The notes under the pieces were generated by a model that saw only the letters and a program-made list of their open reading frames with translations, did not search any database and was not told where the DNA came from. Below are positions 20,367 to 30,813 of a stretch of 64,000 nt of DNA, piece by piece. Location of the stretch: contig JBEPZY010000002.1 in assembly GCA_041640595.1 (NCBI GenBank), forward strand, positions 372,651-436,650, given 5' to 3'. This stretch comes from Gemmatales bacterium. Its GTDB lineage: Bacteria; Planctomycetota; Planctomycetia; Gemmatales; HRBIN36. Made by a program: the position numbers and the translations under genes. How positions within the stretch are numbered: the first letter of the stretch is position 1; each line of letters starts with the position of its first letter.

Positions 20367-21383
20367 TCAGGCCGACGTCAGCAACCAGCGGGCCAGCGAG
20401 AAGTAGGCGTACAGTGTCGCGATATCGGTCAGGGTCAGCACCAATGGGCCGGCAGCCACGCGCGGATCGAGACGGAGCAAGCGAAGCAGTGCCGGTGCCG
20501 CTACGCCGAGACTCGCCGCTGCTGTAACCCCCAAACTGATGCCGCCCAAAACACTCAGCGCGATTCGACTTTCGCCCGGCCAGAACCAGGCCACGCCTCC
20601 GACCGCGAGCCCGGCAGCCAGGCCGAGCAGCAGACCGGTCTGCACTTCCTGCCACAAACGCTGGTGCAGGGTTTGCCAGCTAATCCGTTCAACGTGGAGC
20701 AATTGCAGCATCAAGCTCACCGACTGAACGGAAACCGCTTCCGCCAGGGAAAGCACCACCGGAATAAATAAGGCCAGGGCGACGGCGCGGCTCAATTCCG
20801 ACTCGAACAGGCCCGATAGCACCGCTGCTATCAGTCCCCCGACGATGTTGCAGGTCAGCCAGGGGAAGCGGGCCCGGAAAGCCCGGGTTGGTTGCGTTTG
20901 CCGCGCCGCCTCCAGGTGCACACCGATAAGCTGGAACAGGTCGTCCCAGCGTTGTTCCAGGCCGGCTCGTTCCTCGGAGTACAGTTCGATGTCCACCACC
21001 CCGAGCATCCGGCCGGTTTCGTCCACTACCGGAAATGCCAGGTAGCGATGCAGCACGAAGAATTCGCAAGCATCCAGCAGCGTCGCCTCGGCCGGGATGG
21101 TGATGACGTTGGTCACCATGATTTCTCGAATTCGGCGATCCGGTGGACTCAGAAGCAGCCGTCGTGTCGGTACTACACCGAGAAGCCGGCCGGAATCGTC
21201 CAGCACGTACAGATAGATGATCCGGCTTTGCAGCTTTTGCGAACGCAGCGATTCGATAGCCTCGGCGACGGTCTGATCCGCACGCAACACGGCAAAATCC
21301 TGGCGCATGTAACGGGTCACCGGCTCGTCCAGCCGGGCACGACACAGATGCAGTGGTTCCGAAGCAGCATGGTCGTTGTTCAT
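20367..21383 (-). CDS. mgtE: Magnesium transporter MgtE family (CBS pair + membrane domain)
   Basis: 'IIYLYVLD..GRLLGVV', 'R.PWL', 'FIPVVL', 'DP..AAGP.V.TLTD'. Confidence 0.88.
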   Translation of the reverse strand: MNNDHAASEPLHLCRARLDEPVTRYMRQDFAVLRADQTVAEAIESLRSQKLQSRIIYLYVLDDSGRLLGVVPTRRLLLSPPDRRIREIMVTNVITIPAEATLLDACEFFVLHRYLAFPVVDETGRMLGVVDIELYSEERAGLEQRWDDLFQLIGVHLEAARQTQPTRAFRARFPWLTCNIVGGLIAAVLSGLFESELSRAVALALFIPVVLSLAEAVSVQSVSLMLQLLHVERISWQTLHQRLWQEVQTGLLLGLAAGLAVGGVAWFWPGESRIALSVLGGISLGVTAAASLGVAAPALLRLLRLDPRVAAGPLVLTLTDIATLYAYFSLARWLLTSA

Positions 21384-21636
21384 CGAGAAAGCTCCTTGCA
21401 AAGTCGCAGGCATCATAAGCAACAGACCCGGCAAAAATCTACAGCGTCTGTCCAACCACTCTCGCCGCCGGCTCCGCTTGCGATAGTGCCGGGAATCAGC
21501 CCCATGCGAGATTTTCCGCTCTTAACGCCATCAACCGTAGGCGCACACCTGGCTTTGGACTTATTGAGCCGTCATATGAACGGGAACAGGCGAGAGCTGG
21601 ATGGGCTAATGCAACGTGCCGGAATCAGCACGCACA

Positions 21637-22380
21637 CTATCGCTGAGCTTCGCGAGTGAGCCTCTCCCATAGCTCGGGTTCGCTCTTCCTTCTCAGCTCC
21701 CAACGGTACGAATCGAGCCAGGAGAGCAAAAGAATACCGGCAACCCTAAACTGCCCATCCTCGTCTTTAGTTGCATCAATCGTGTAGTTGACGGCAAGTT
21801 TATAGTCCAGAATCGCGTAAGCACCGCGGCGAAACTCATAACCCGGTATCTGGGGCTGTGCACCTACTGTTTTCCACTCCTCGCGAAGAAGTTTCAATAA
21901 TCGCTGCGGACTTTTCTGGTTGATGATACCCAGTCGGCGGAATTCCGCTCGCAAATAAAGTTCCAGTTCTCGCAAGTCCTTGGCCGGATAAAGCCGAGTT
22001 ATAAAGACGAGAAAGACCTTTTCCGCGTCTTTACGCCCCCCAGCACGCACATGAACTACGCCCTCAGGTTCGAAACGCCAAACCCATTCTTTCCTGCTCG
22101 GCGCAGTAACTCGCATTACATACTCTGGTCGAGGCTGTTTTGGCAACTTGTCATCAAATTCGTCGTACACGTAATCGTACTCGTACAAGCGTATGCCCTC
22201 TTCGTCCTCATCCACAAGTGTCCACGGAATGCCGCTACTAGCTCGAAGAGGTTGACCAATACCGACCACGATATGACGTATAGGTCGTCGTGCAGGGTCC
22301 GGCTGGTCATCTGCTGAGACAGCAAAGTGCGAAATTTGCTGAAGTCCCTGGGCAAGCACTAACACTATCACCGTAAGCAT
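21637..22380 (-). CDS. Exported hypothetical protein, candidate immunity protein
   Basis: 247 aa, hydrophobic N-terminus, AAGGGGG RBS directly after the stop of a short upstream remnant ORF (22393-22587). Confidence 0.6.
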   Translation of the reverse strand: MLTVIVLVLAQGLQQISHFAVSADDQPDPARRPIRHIVVGIGQPLRASSGIPWTLVDEDEEGIRLYEYDYVYDEFDDKLPKQPRPEYVMRVTAPSRKEWVWRFEPEGVVHVRAGGRKDAEKVFLVFITRLYPAKDLRELELYLRAEFRRLGIINQKSPQRLLKLLREEWKTVGAQPQIPGYEFRRGAYAILDYKLAVNYTIDATKDEDGQFRVAGILLLSWLDSYRWELRRKSEPELWERLTREAQR

Positions 22381-22564
22381 AACTAACCCCCTTTATCCAG
22401 CGGGCAAGTTACGGTTTTGTATAATCCGCCTGAGCAGGGTGTTTGGCATCTTGTAAAAAGAAAGTGCTCTGATCTCTTCCTTGACCAAGTTCGGTTCGTT
22501 CTTCCAAAGTTTACGGGGCCATGATTCTTCTCCACGAAAATGTGTATCGCATCCAGCAATGTGC

Positions 22565-23080
22565 TTACTTCGGAATTCTGGTGGCAATTACGTAACAAAC
22601 AGGTGGCGAGCCCTTGTCCCAGTTGAACGTAAAATTCTTGGGTGTTTCACGGACTGCAAGCTTGCCTTGCGGATAAAAAGCGATCACCAGCTTATCTTCA
22701 ACAAACTTATAAATGGCCTTTAAATAAACCTTCTCCTTATCCCGCAACTCCAACCGCGCTGGCTTCTCTTCGGGATAAGAACTCCAGATTAGTTCCTTTT
22801 CCACCCGTTTCGCAGCATAGTGTCCGCACAGGAAAAAAGTACCGTCTTTTTTGAACGTACAAAAGCCTACTCCAAAAACTAAATAATCTGGGTCCAGTTT
22901 GTCCTCTGGGCAGCAGTTGACCACGCTGTCTCTGAACCACCAACTACCAATGAGGTGTTCATCTAGCATTGGTTTGCTTATCCTGTCTTCTCCTGGCAGC
23001 ACGCTACAGGCGATTACGACCATTAAAAAGCTTGTCACAAGGCTCCCCACTAGCGATACACGTCCAAGACGGATTAACAT
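22565..23080 (-). CDS. Planctomycete TIGR03067-like exported protein, candidate immunity protein
   Basis: Signal/lipoprotein N-terminus, 'L.G.W', 'KAIYKF.EDKL.IA....G...P..F' pattern. Confidence 0.6.
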   Translation of the reverse strand: MLIRLGRVSLVGSLVTSFLMVVIACSVLPGEDRISKPMLDEHLIGSWWFRDSVVNCCPEDKLDPDYLVFGVGFCTFKKDGTFFLCGHYAAKRVEKELIWSSYPEEKPARLELRDKEKVYLKAIYKFVEDKLVIAFYPQGKLAVRETPKNFTFNWDKGSPPVCYVIATRIPK

Positions 23081-23118
23081 TGGAAGTCTCCTTATCCAGG
23101 TCTGAGTGTGCTTATTGC

Positions 23119-23646
23119 CTATTGCTTACCACCCTCGCCAGGGACGCGGCGATAAATCACAATTTCCGGCTGACCCATGCGAATATAGTCGTCAATATCT
23201 TTAGGAAAGTCTGAGGGGCGTTTATCTTCTGGTTTGTTCAAGACTTTTTCCCACAGGTAGCAGTTATCCAGGAAACACAGAAGTTCCACAACTTCTTTTC
23301 GTCTATCGTTTTTCACCTCCAGTAAGAGGTAGAACTTCTGCTCGCCTAACTCCTTGATGGAGTATTTACCGGTTTGGTTGAAAAAGGCAGGATCCGAGGT
23401 CTTGCATGTAAAGGTGCCATCCTTTCTCAGAATCAGCCAGGCTTCCACCTTTTGGGGTGTGTACGGCACGCCTCCGGAGAACACAGCCGCATCGAAAAGC
23501 ACCCGCTCCGCCCGCCAAGTGCCGATAACCTCGTTCCGAGGCTCGGCCTCTACCCACAGTATGCCCAGTAGCCCTAGCATCGCTACCAAAGATGGTCTAA
23601 TCAGGAGTCCAAATGTAGCGGCGCGATTGGCGTACATGCTTTCCAC
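23119..23646 (-). CDS. Exported lipocalin-like hypothetical protein, candidate immunity for the upstream C-terminal domain
   Basis: Signal peptide, 'VIGTW', 'L.L.KDGTF', 'GKYSI'; starts 3 nt after the cassette stop. Confidence 0.65.
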   Translation of the reverse strand: MESMYANRAATFGLLIRPSLVAMLGLLGILWVEAEPRNEVIGTWRAERVLFDAAVFSGGVPYTPQKVEAWLILRKDGTFTCKTSDPAFFNQTGKYSIKELGEQKFYLLLEVKNDRRKEVVELLCFLDNCYLWEKVLNKPEDKRPSDFPKDIDDYIRMGQPEIVIYRRVPGEGGKQ

Positions 23647-23649
23647 CTT

Positions 23650-26181
23650 TTATCTAGGTACCAGCCAATTCAGCTGCATATCCTCCACTTCATACCTAGC
23701 CCAAAACCATTTTCCTGCTACCTTTTTCACTTTTCCGGTCACGTAAAATCCAAATTGCTTTTCGCATAGTTGTTGAGTGTTTGGGTCTTCGAACTTGACT
23801 TTGCCAAAATAACCAACGTTTACATATCCATCTCCTGGTCTATAAGCAAGCACAACTGTGACATAACTTCCTCGCTCGTTTTCGAAGGTTTGGCAATAAA
23901 GCTTTACGTCTTTTTCAAGCCAGAGTTGCCAGAGACGCTTGACAATGTCGGTCGCTTGGTCTATCCGCTCCTTAGTTTCAACTATCCGTCTTATTATGTC
24001 CATACCTTTCGATTGCAAGATTAGCTGCTTGAGACGGTCTGTAGCCTCTTGCTGCAGGTCTTTAAAAAGTTCCAGCGCGCCTTCCGTAATGTGCGTATTG
24101 TGAAACCTATCAACCAAAGCCAGAGCATTCAATCGAACGAATTCCATCTCGGTTTGTGGGACGGCAGTATCCTTATTCCTATGTCGTATGTATCCGCCCA
24201 CCCGGCTCAGGATCTGGTTAATTTCACTGCGCCAGTCCCAAATGGAGTTATTCGATACCAAGTTGTTTGGCGCAACGAATACTCGCCAAATCAGGTGGCG
24301 TTCATCTACGGAGGCGGTGTCGCGCACCCGCAGCTCAACATGATATTCCATATAACCAAGCTCGGAATAATCGTGATCTGTAGGTGGCCACTGCGGAGCC
24401 GTCGCAGGGTCAACTATAGTACCCGCGATTCGGCCCGTCGCTGCATCTATAATAAGCTGAGGGGGCAGATTTTCGGCCTCGAAGATCCAATCCGCATCGT
24501 CGCGGGCGGCCGTCGGAACCACCGCATCTATCTCCTCGCCCATCCAGGTCTCCACCACCAAGCCGTCTTCTAACAATATACGAGGATTGTCGAGGATCGT
24601 CCAGGTGAAGGTTCTCAGCTCAGCGTCGGGAATTGTTTCAACTTCTACCTGATATCCTACCTCCGGCTGAGCGGGTGAAGCATTCCGGTAAGCCACACGG
24701 CCTCGCAAAGCTCCGTTCTGTGCGTCCCAGACAATTCCTTGCGGTAGATTGGCAAAACGATACTCCACCGGTTGCCCAGAAACATTCTCGCCCGGCAGTT
24801 CAATGTACACCTCCTCGCCCTCTAAATTAGTCAGGTTCGGCGGTGCCGACCACCAGTCCTTATCCTGGACTGTCCAGGTGACCGTCCTCATATCCTCGCT
24901 CTCGCCATCAGTAACGCGAATGTTTATAATGAATTCCCTCACTCCTTCTATAGGGCCAACATTGCGATAAGAAACCGTTCCAGTAATGCGTCCTGTCGCC
25001 GAGTCTATTCTTAGACCCCGGGGCAGGTTATCCGCGGCATACGTCAAGCTGGCTCGCGTCGCGTCTTCCGCATTTATTTTCACATTTATATAGTCGCCTT
25101 CGCTGATAATAACATCCGGCACAACAGGAATCCTGTTCGTATCCTCAACCTGCCACCGGAACGTCTTGCTCTCCATACCTGTCCCGTCGTTCACGAAAAT
25201 GGTGACTTCCAAGGATCGGGCGTGACCATTGCTGGCAATGTTAGCGTAACTGACATAGCCATACACCAGCCCCGAGTTTGCAAAGTATTCCAGACCCAAT
25301 GGCAATCCCGAATAATGGATTACCAAAGTCTCCCCATCCATCCTGGCGACTGGGGGTATCCAGAAAATAAAATCGCCCTCCCTTGAAACTTGGTCAGATA
25401 TAGACCCTAACCTAGATGTGTCCCTAATCGTCCACGTGCAACTATCGCTTTGGAAACTATTCCCATCGCCTTCTTTGGTAACGGTGATAATAACATGAAA
25501 ATCCACCGGTGGGGCGTTGCTGGCCACATTACTGTAGGCGATATAACCTTGCAGATAGGCACCCGGTTCTCTGCCATCTTCTGCAACCTCAACATAGACA
25601 ACGTCAATGCCGTCCGGCAGACCGGTTACTGTATAGCTAAGCGCATTGCCTTGATCATCTACCAGTGGCCCAATATAGATGCTAACATAATCCCCCTCGG
25701 CATTATATAGATGCCAAGTGTTGTCGCTATTTCCCCAGGACTCTCCACCGCCATCACTGTCGTTCGTTCCCGGAAGTGGTTCATCCAAGTTCGGATTATC
25801 CTGGATGAGCCAGTTGAAGCTGATCGTTGAGGTGTCACCGTCGGCCTGGTTGACGACAGTGATAGTAACCCACAGGTTGACCTGGGGTTGTTCCGCAGTG
25901 GCAATGTTAGAATCTATCGTGCCACTAATAACGCCGATGCTGGAGTCTATACTTAGGCCAGCGGGAAGATTATAGGCACTAAACATCAAGGGGGCCTGGC
26001 TGTTCAGGCCGGCATACGCAGAACCCCAAAGCGATTGCAGGTCAAGATAGACATAGTCGCCTTCGCTATTAGATTGGTCGCCAGGACTAAGCAAGATATA
26101 GTCCGTATTGCGGATGGTCCATGTCGCCGATGTCGAGGCGGTCTCAACACCGTCGCTGACGGTCAGGGTGATGGTATATTC
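23650..26181 (-). pseudogene. 5'-truncated cassette: ~6 putative-Ig (He_PIG) repeats plus an unknown ~200-aa C-terminal domain
   Basis: Repeats 'A.NLP.GL.ID..TG.I.G'; frame opens mid-domain after a TAG at 26182-26184 (EYTITLTVSDG...) with no true start or leader. Confidence 0.8.
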
Positions 26182-26345
26182 CTAGGTAGCCACTAATATC
26201 CACTCAATGATGGCGTACGCTTAGGCCATTGACCGCTGCTTCCTTTGAATGGGGAATGTAGAGGGTGCGTTACAAGGCTCCTGATTTGCTGCTATGGCAA
26301 AAGCGTGCCGAAGATGCGTGCAGGTGGGATCATTGTCTCACAGTT

Positions 26346-27437
26346 TCATTCTTTCATACGCTGCCAAGGTTCACCCGTCCGCACATCTAAGAGCATAATA
26401 CTGTCAAAGACAATGCCGTCGCTGCCCGTCCCTACGGCAACCACGAAGTCGCCTGGTTTGAGGCTGCAACCACTGCAACTCCACGACTTAGACCATACAA
26501 CTTTCAAACGCTTGAGATCGTACAACGTGACTAGATTGGAATTCCAGACCACCATATAGGAATCCATCCCAGAACAAAGCACCTCAATAGCCGCGCGGTG
26601 ACTGATACCCTGAATTAGTGTCGAGCCAAGAACTTTGCCCTTTCGCCAATCCCACCATCGAAGTTCTCCAGTAAAATCCAACGCAAGCAGAACCCGATCA
26701 TCTGGTGTAAACGCTAACGCGGTGATACAGTCGTCTCCATCTGCCAGGCCGTCAGCAGTGAGCTTTCCCGTGCGTAGGTCGAGGACGTCTATTAGTTCCC
26801 CGTCCGATATAGCGAGATAGGCCCCATCATGAGAAAACGCACTTACCGGATAAGGCGGCCCAGGCATGCTCGTGCGATGCTCCTTGATTACCCGGCGAGT
26901 GCTGATATCTAAGACGACACAACTGATACCTTCCCAATTCTCAGTACGAGCGACGACAGCTGCGTATTTGCCGTCGGGAGATAGAGATAGTCGAAAGGCC
27001 GCGCGTCCACGCCATACAATCTCCGGCTGCGCGTGATTATCTCTTATAAGGATTGAGTAAAGCTTTCCTTCTGGGGTAAAATACAGCAATTGTCCCCGCG
27101 ATTGGGGCACCCAGGCGAACCCACAACGCTGTGCCCGCTCAGCATAGCGTTTCTCAAGCACGCCGGCCCGTGGGCCATTCCGGACTTCATAGTATTGATC
27201 CAGCACAATCTCTCTGACCGGTCGCCAGTTGCGTGTGTCACACACGAGAACAGTTCTATAGAGCGTATCACCGAAACGGCGTGTGGTTGTCATAGCTAAA
27301 TATTCGCCGTCTTCTGAAAATCTCGGATCACTTATCCACTCTCGGCGAAGAAACCAGAGACAGGAGTCGTTTCCAAAAATGATTGGCTCTTTATAAAGGA
27401 GCGCCATTGCCAAATATATAGCATATGCGATCGCCAT
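26346..27437 (-). CDS. Exported WD40/beta-propeller protein
   Basis: AGGAG RBS, hydrophobic N-terminus, 'FSEDGEYLA', 'LSPDGKYAA', 'FSHDGAYLA', 'ITALAFTPDD..L...G.LRWWD'. Confidence 0.85.
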   Translation of the reverse strand: MAIAYAIYLAMALLYKEPIIFGNDSCLWFLRREWISDPRFSEDGEYLAMTTTRRFGDTLYRTVLVCDTRNWRPVREIVLDQYYEVRNGPRAGVLEKRYAERAQRCGFAWVPQSRGQLLYFTPEGKLYSILIRDNHAQPEIVWRGRAAFRLSLSPDGKYAAVVARTENWEGISCVVLDISTRRVIKEHRTSMPGPPYPVSAFSHDGAYLAISDGELIDVLDLRTGKLTADGLADGDDCITALAFTPDDRVLLALDFTGELRWWDWRKGKVLGSTLIQGISHRAAIEVLCSGMDSYMVVWNSNLVTLYDLKRLKVVWSKSWSCSGCSLKPGDFVVAVGTGSDGIVFDSIMLLDVRTGEPWQRMKE

Positions 27438-27505
27438 GTTGGTCTCCTGTGATGGTTGGTTCCATATCTTTTCCTGTCCAGACACTTCTGAAGTTGTCCC
27501 GAATT

Positions 27506-28006
27506 CTAGTTCCAGCCCCACTCCGGCTGCGGTTTAGCCTTGGGAGGCGGCTTGAGGGTACCTAAATGTTCGTATGCGATCCGAGACGTGCCATCGGGCT
27601 GTGTATAGTACACCTTCACTTGTACGAACCAACGCGTGCCATCCCATATCGGTGCCACCAGGTTGGCTTGTAATGTAGCAGTACCACTCAACGGCCCATT
27701 CGGCTTCCAGTCTAAGTCTGGCTGCCCGCCGCCTATCGCAACGCGGGTAATTGCACTTCCATTTGGCACGGCTTGAAGCGTGACCGAAAAATTGTCACCC
27801 TTATTACCAGGAATCGCCACAGGATTCAGGACGACCTTGCCCCGGAGTGGGCGTGGCGCCTGCCGGGCAGGTCTACCCGGTAATTGCATCGCCAGAAGAT
27901 TAGCTACATTGAGCGGCGGTGGCCCGACTTGCCGTTCGCCTTCCGGCGGTTGTTGCAGCATCTGCGTACGGGCGGATTGGTAAGTTGGCTGGACCTTTAC
28001 TTGCAT
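27506..28006 (-). pseudogene. Orphan C-terminal cassette (QMLQQPPEG junction + beta-sandwich tip)
   Basis: Starts with YQSARTQMLQQPPEG; 36-bp DNA match to 29856-29891; then a variable domain. Confidence 0.75.
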
Positions 28007-28242
28007 TTTGGTTCAATCAAGTACGCCATTATTCTGTAAGACCCTAGCCTGTATCTTTATGATTCGAAGGCCATCTGCTGGACATCCAGTCATTTATCTG
28101 GTCTTCAGAGAAGTCCCCAGACCTGCGGTTCAGTCCCTTAGCACTACCTTGACCTGCCGAATCCATGCTTTACATTGTTCTCGCCTTGGGGACATTTTTG
28201 TCAAGTATTCGTCAAAATAGACCTAAATAACGCATTAGGGTT

Positions 28243-29361
28243 CTATCGTCGCAGAACAACTGGCTTAGCACTCCATTGTCTGGTCACCACGTCTATGCTT
28301 CGCAGTTGCAATCCGGCCTTGGATTGAATTAGCAGAGCACCCAGGTCTCCACGTTGATTTGTTGTGAACCGAGAAATCGCGCCCTCATCCGCCACCTGCT
28401 CTCTGAAAGAATGAGACCAGACCGGGCGAATAGTGGCTCCACACTCCAAAATTACAACATCCCGATCATCGTATAGTATTAACTGCGGTTTGTCGCCCTT
28501 TCTCAAGTACCGGAGATCAAGTGCGCCCCGAGGCGACAGCTCCACCGTTCCTAGTTCTGTACGATTTCCTAGGTCAAAAAAGTGTATAGTACCGTTGCGG
28601 TGCGAGCCGGCCAACGTCTTTCCGTCAGGGCTGAACGCTAAAGAGAAGTAATCGCCACTTGAATCCGCTTGCGACGCCAGTTCCATTGCTCCTTGGTGGG
28701 GCGCGGCTAAGTTGTAGATGAATATAGAATCGTAATCTGTAACTGCTAGCAGGTTGGAACAATCAGAGAAGCTACACGCCGGAGGTATTTGCGAGCGCAC
28801 AGAAAGGCTATTAATATGCAACACTTGTTTCCTAGAAGCAACCTCTAAAACCTGGACCCTGTAATCTTCTCCCGCCGCGTCCCAGGACACTAACGCCAAA
28901 TACTTGCCGTCTCGACTATATACCAATCTAATAACGGGCAAATTTAGGGAATCAACCATGACCCGTGCCTTTTGATTTTTTAGATCAACTTGCCAGAGGC
29001 TTTTTCTCTTCGATCCGTAAACGAGTGTATCAGGATTAGCCGGGTCCCATTCCAGGCCGACCAGACACTTTCCCTGGTGAACATCAACCGCGTCCTTGAA
29101 TATGCATTCCCCTGTCGTCGTGGAAAATACCAAAACTGTTAAATCGGTTACAGAAGGCAATTCTTGCCCTTGCTTGTGCTGCCACAAGGACTCGACAACG
29201 GCTAACAGCTTCCCGTCCTGGGACAGCTTAGGAAAATCAAAGAAACGCAGTTCAGCTTGTCTGCTGAATAGAGCACACCCATCTTGACTAAAGTTCAATC
29301 CTAGCCAGACGCCACAGGCCACCACATAGGCGCAGCATCGGATAATCGGGGTCATACGCAT
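28243..29361 (-). CDS. Exported WD40/beta-propeller protein
   Basis: Signal peptide; 'LSQDGKLLA', 'YSRDGKYLA', 'SLAFSPDGKTLAGS..NGTIHFFD'. Confidence 0.87.
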   Translation of the reverse strand: MRMTPIIRCCAYVVACGVWLGLNFSQDGCALFSRQAELRFFDFPKLSQDGKLLAVVESLWQHKQGQELPSVTDLTVLVFSTTTGECIFKDAVDVHQGKCLVGLEWDPANPDTLVYGSKRKSLWQVDLKNQKARVMVDSLNLPVIRLVYSRDGKYLALVSWDAAGEDYRVQVLEVASRKQVLHINSLSVRSQIPPACSFSDCSNLLAVTDYDSIFIYNLAAPHQGAMELASQADSSGDYFSLAFSPDGKTLAGSHRNGTIHFFDLGNRTELGTVELSPRGALDLRYLRKGDKPQLILYDDRDVVILECGATIRPVWSHSFREQVADEGAISRFTTNQRGDLGALLIQSKAGLQLRSIDVVTRQWSAKPVVLRR

Positions 29362-29425
29362 GAGAGTCCCCCCAGAAATTGGACCCGTTAATTCTATTCG
29401 CTCACCAGCCTCGTGTCTTGACGAG

Positions 29426-30358
29426 TTATGGCCTTCGGATTATCTGTCCATAGCCAAATTGGATGGAACCATCGGGTGCCATGATTGTGACTTTGACGTC
29501 CCAGCCCCAGGTATTTCGTGGAAAGTCGGGAAAATACCTACCTAAGTCCACAGCAGGTCCAAGCCCATTCCCCTGCACTGTCACTTGTATTTGTCCTTGT
29601 CCCTGTCCGTTGAGTTTAACGCCCCTGGGAAAATTGAAGTGCGCCTGGTTTGCACCGGTTATATTGACATCTATGATTTCCCCTCCAGGCACTCCGAGGC
29701 TTATGCTGATATTATAATTTTCGCCTGCTCGACCTGTGCCTGTCCCTGGATTTATTGTCACTTTCGCCCTCGGTATCCTCTTGCGTTGCTGAGCAACCAT
29801 TACCACCGATGCTAGCGCCTCACCAAAAACCGGCTGGGGTTCCTGATTACGCGGACCTTCCGGCGGTTGTTGCAGCATCTGCGCGCGGGCGCGCTGATAG
29901 GCGTCCCAGGCTTCGGTTTCCCTCTCCGTCCAGTCTCGCAGGGCGTTGTTGCGAGCTGTCTGGAATGCCGCTTCCAGGATTTGCCGTGTGTGCCCCAGTT
30001 GGAAGTTGAGTTCGTCCAAGCGTTCTAAATATTGATTCCAGGCCTGCGAATCCGCCTGTATATAGGTGGACTCCGCCGCATTCATCGCCGCCTGCCATTC
30101 ATCATACGCCGCCTGCACTGCCTCTGCTCGCGCCGCTCCCGCCTGATCTAATGCAGTGTAGTATGCGGCGTAAGCCTCCGCCTCTTCATTAGCGTATTGC
30201 TCGTCTTGATACGAGTCTGCCAATCGCGCATCCCGCCTGGCTGCCGCCTCTGCATAGGCCTGGTCGCGCATGGCAGTGGCATACGCAATAGCATTGTCTA
30301 AGTCTTGCTGAGCTTGCTGATACGCCGCATAACCACCGGCATCATCGGCATGTTCCCG
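29426..30358 (-). pseudogene. Orphan cassette: Ala-rich coiled coil + QMLQQPPEG + beta-sandwich tip
   Basis: Frame opens after a TAG, 29 codons upstream of an internal Met (30271); shares a 101-bp block with 32441-32541. Confidence 0.78.
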
Positions 30359-30422
30359 CTAGCTGTGGCGCCGATAGCACCGATCCTATGGCGGATCCAA
30401 AGCCCACGACGGAACGGATTTG

Positions 30423-30785
30423 TCACTGCCTTTGTCCTTGGATTCTGGCCAGATACTCGCGGAATCGCTCCAGCACATGCTCCAGCCAGCCTATTGCAGT
30501 GTAGCCGTCGGCGCTGGGAAGATAATGAACACCCATGCTCTCGACCGGGTACCAATCATCTTTCTCTGGATGCTTCGATAAATACTCACGTGAAAAAGCT
30601 AAGTATTCTTCCAGCTGGTTGAGCACCTTCTGGACGTACTCCGGGCTGGTGTTGCTCAAGAACGCGTCTATCGCGCCTTCGGGTGAGCCGTAGTCGTCCA
30701 TAAAATCTTCGTGGAAATAGCCACCAAAAAACTGCCACAGTTCTGGCCATCTGTTTGTGCAATAATCATCAAGGCGCATTTCCAT
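30423..30785 (-). CDS. CdiI-type (CdiI_2 family) immunity protein
   Basis: 'EL.QFFGGYFHEDF..DY.S...AI..F' signature; acidic, 120 aa; 28 bp downstream of the RNase toxin stop. Confidence 0.85.
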   Translation of the reverse strand: MEMRLDDYCTNRWPELWQFFGGYFHEDFMDDYGSPEGAIDAFLSNTSPEYVQKVLNQLEEYLAFSREYLSKHPEKDDWYPVESMGVHYLPSADGYTAIGWLEHVLERFREYLARIQGQRQ

Positions 30786-30813
30786 GCTCCTTGCATTTCA
30801 CCTTAATTCCAGT

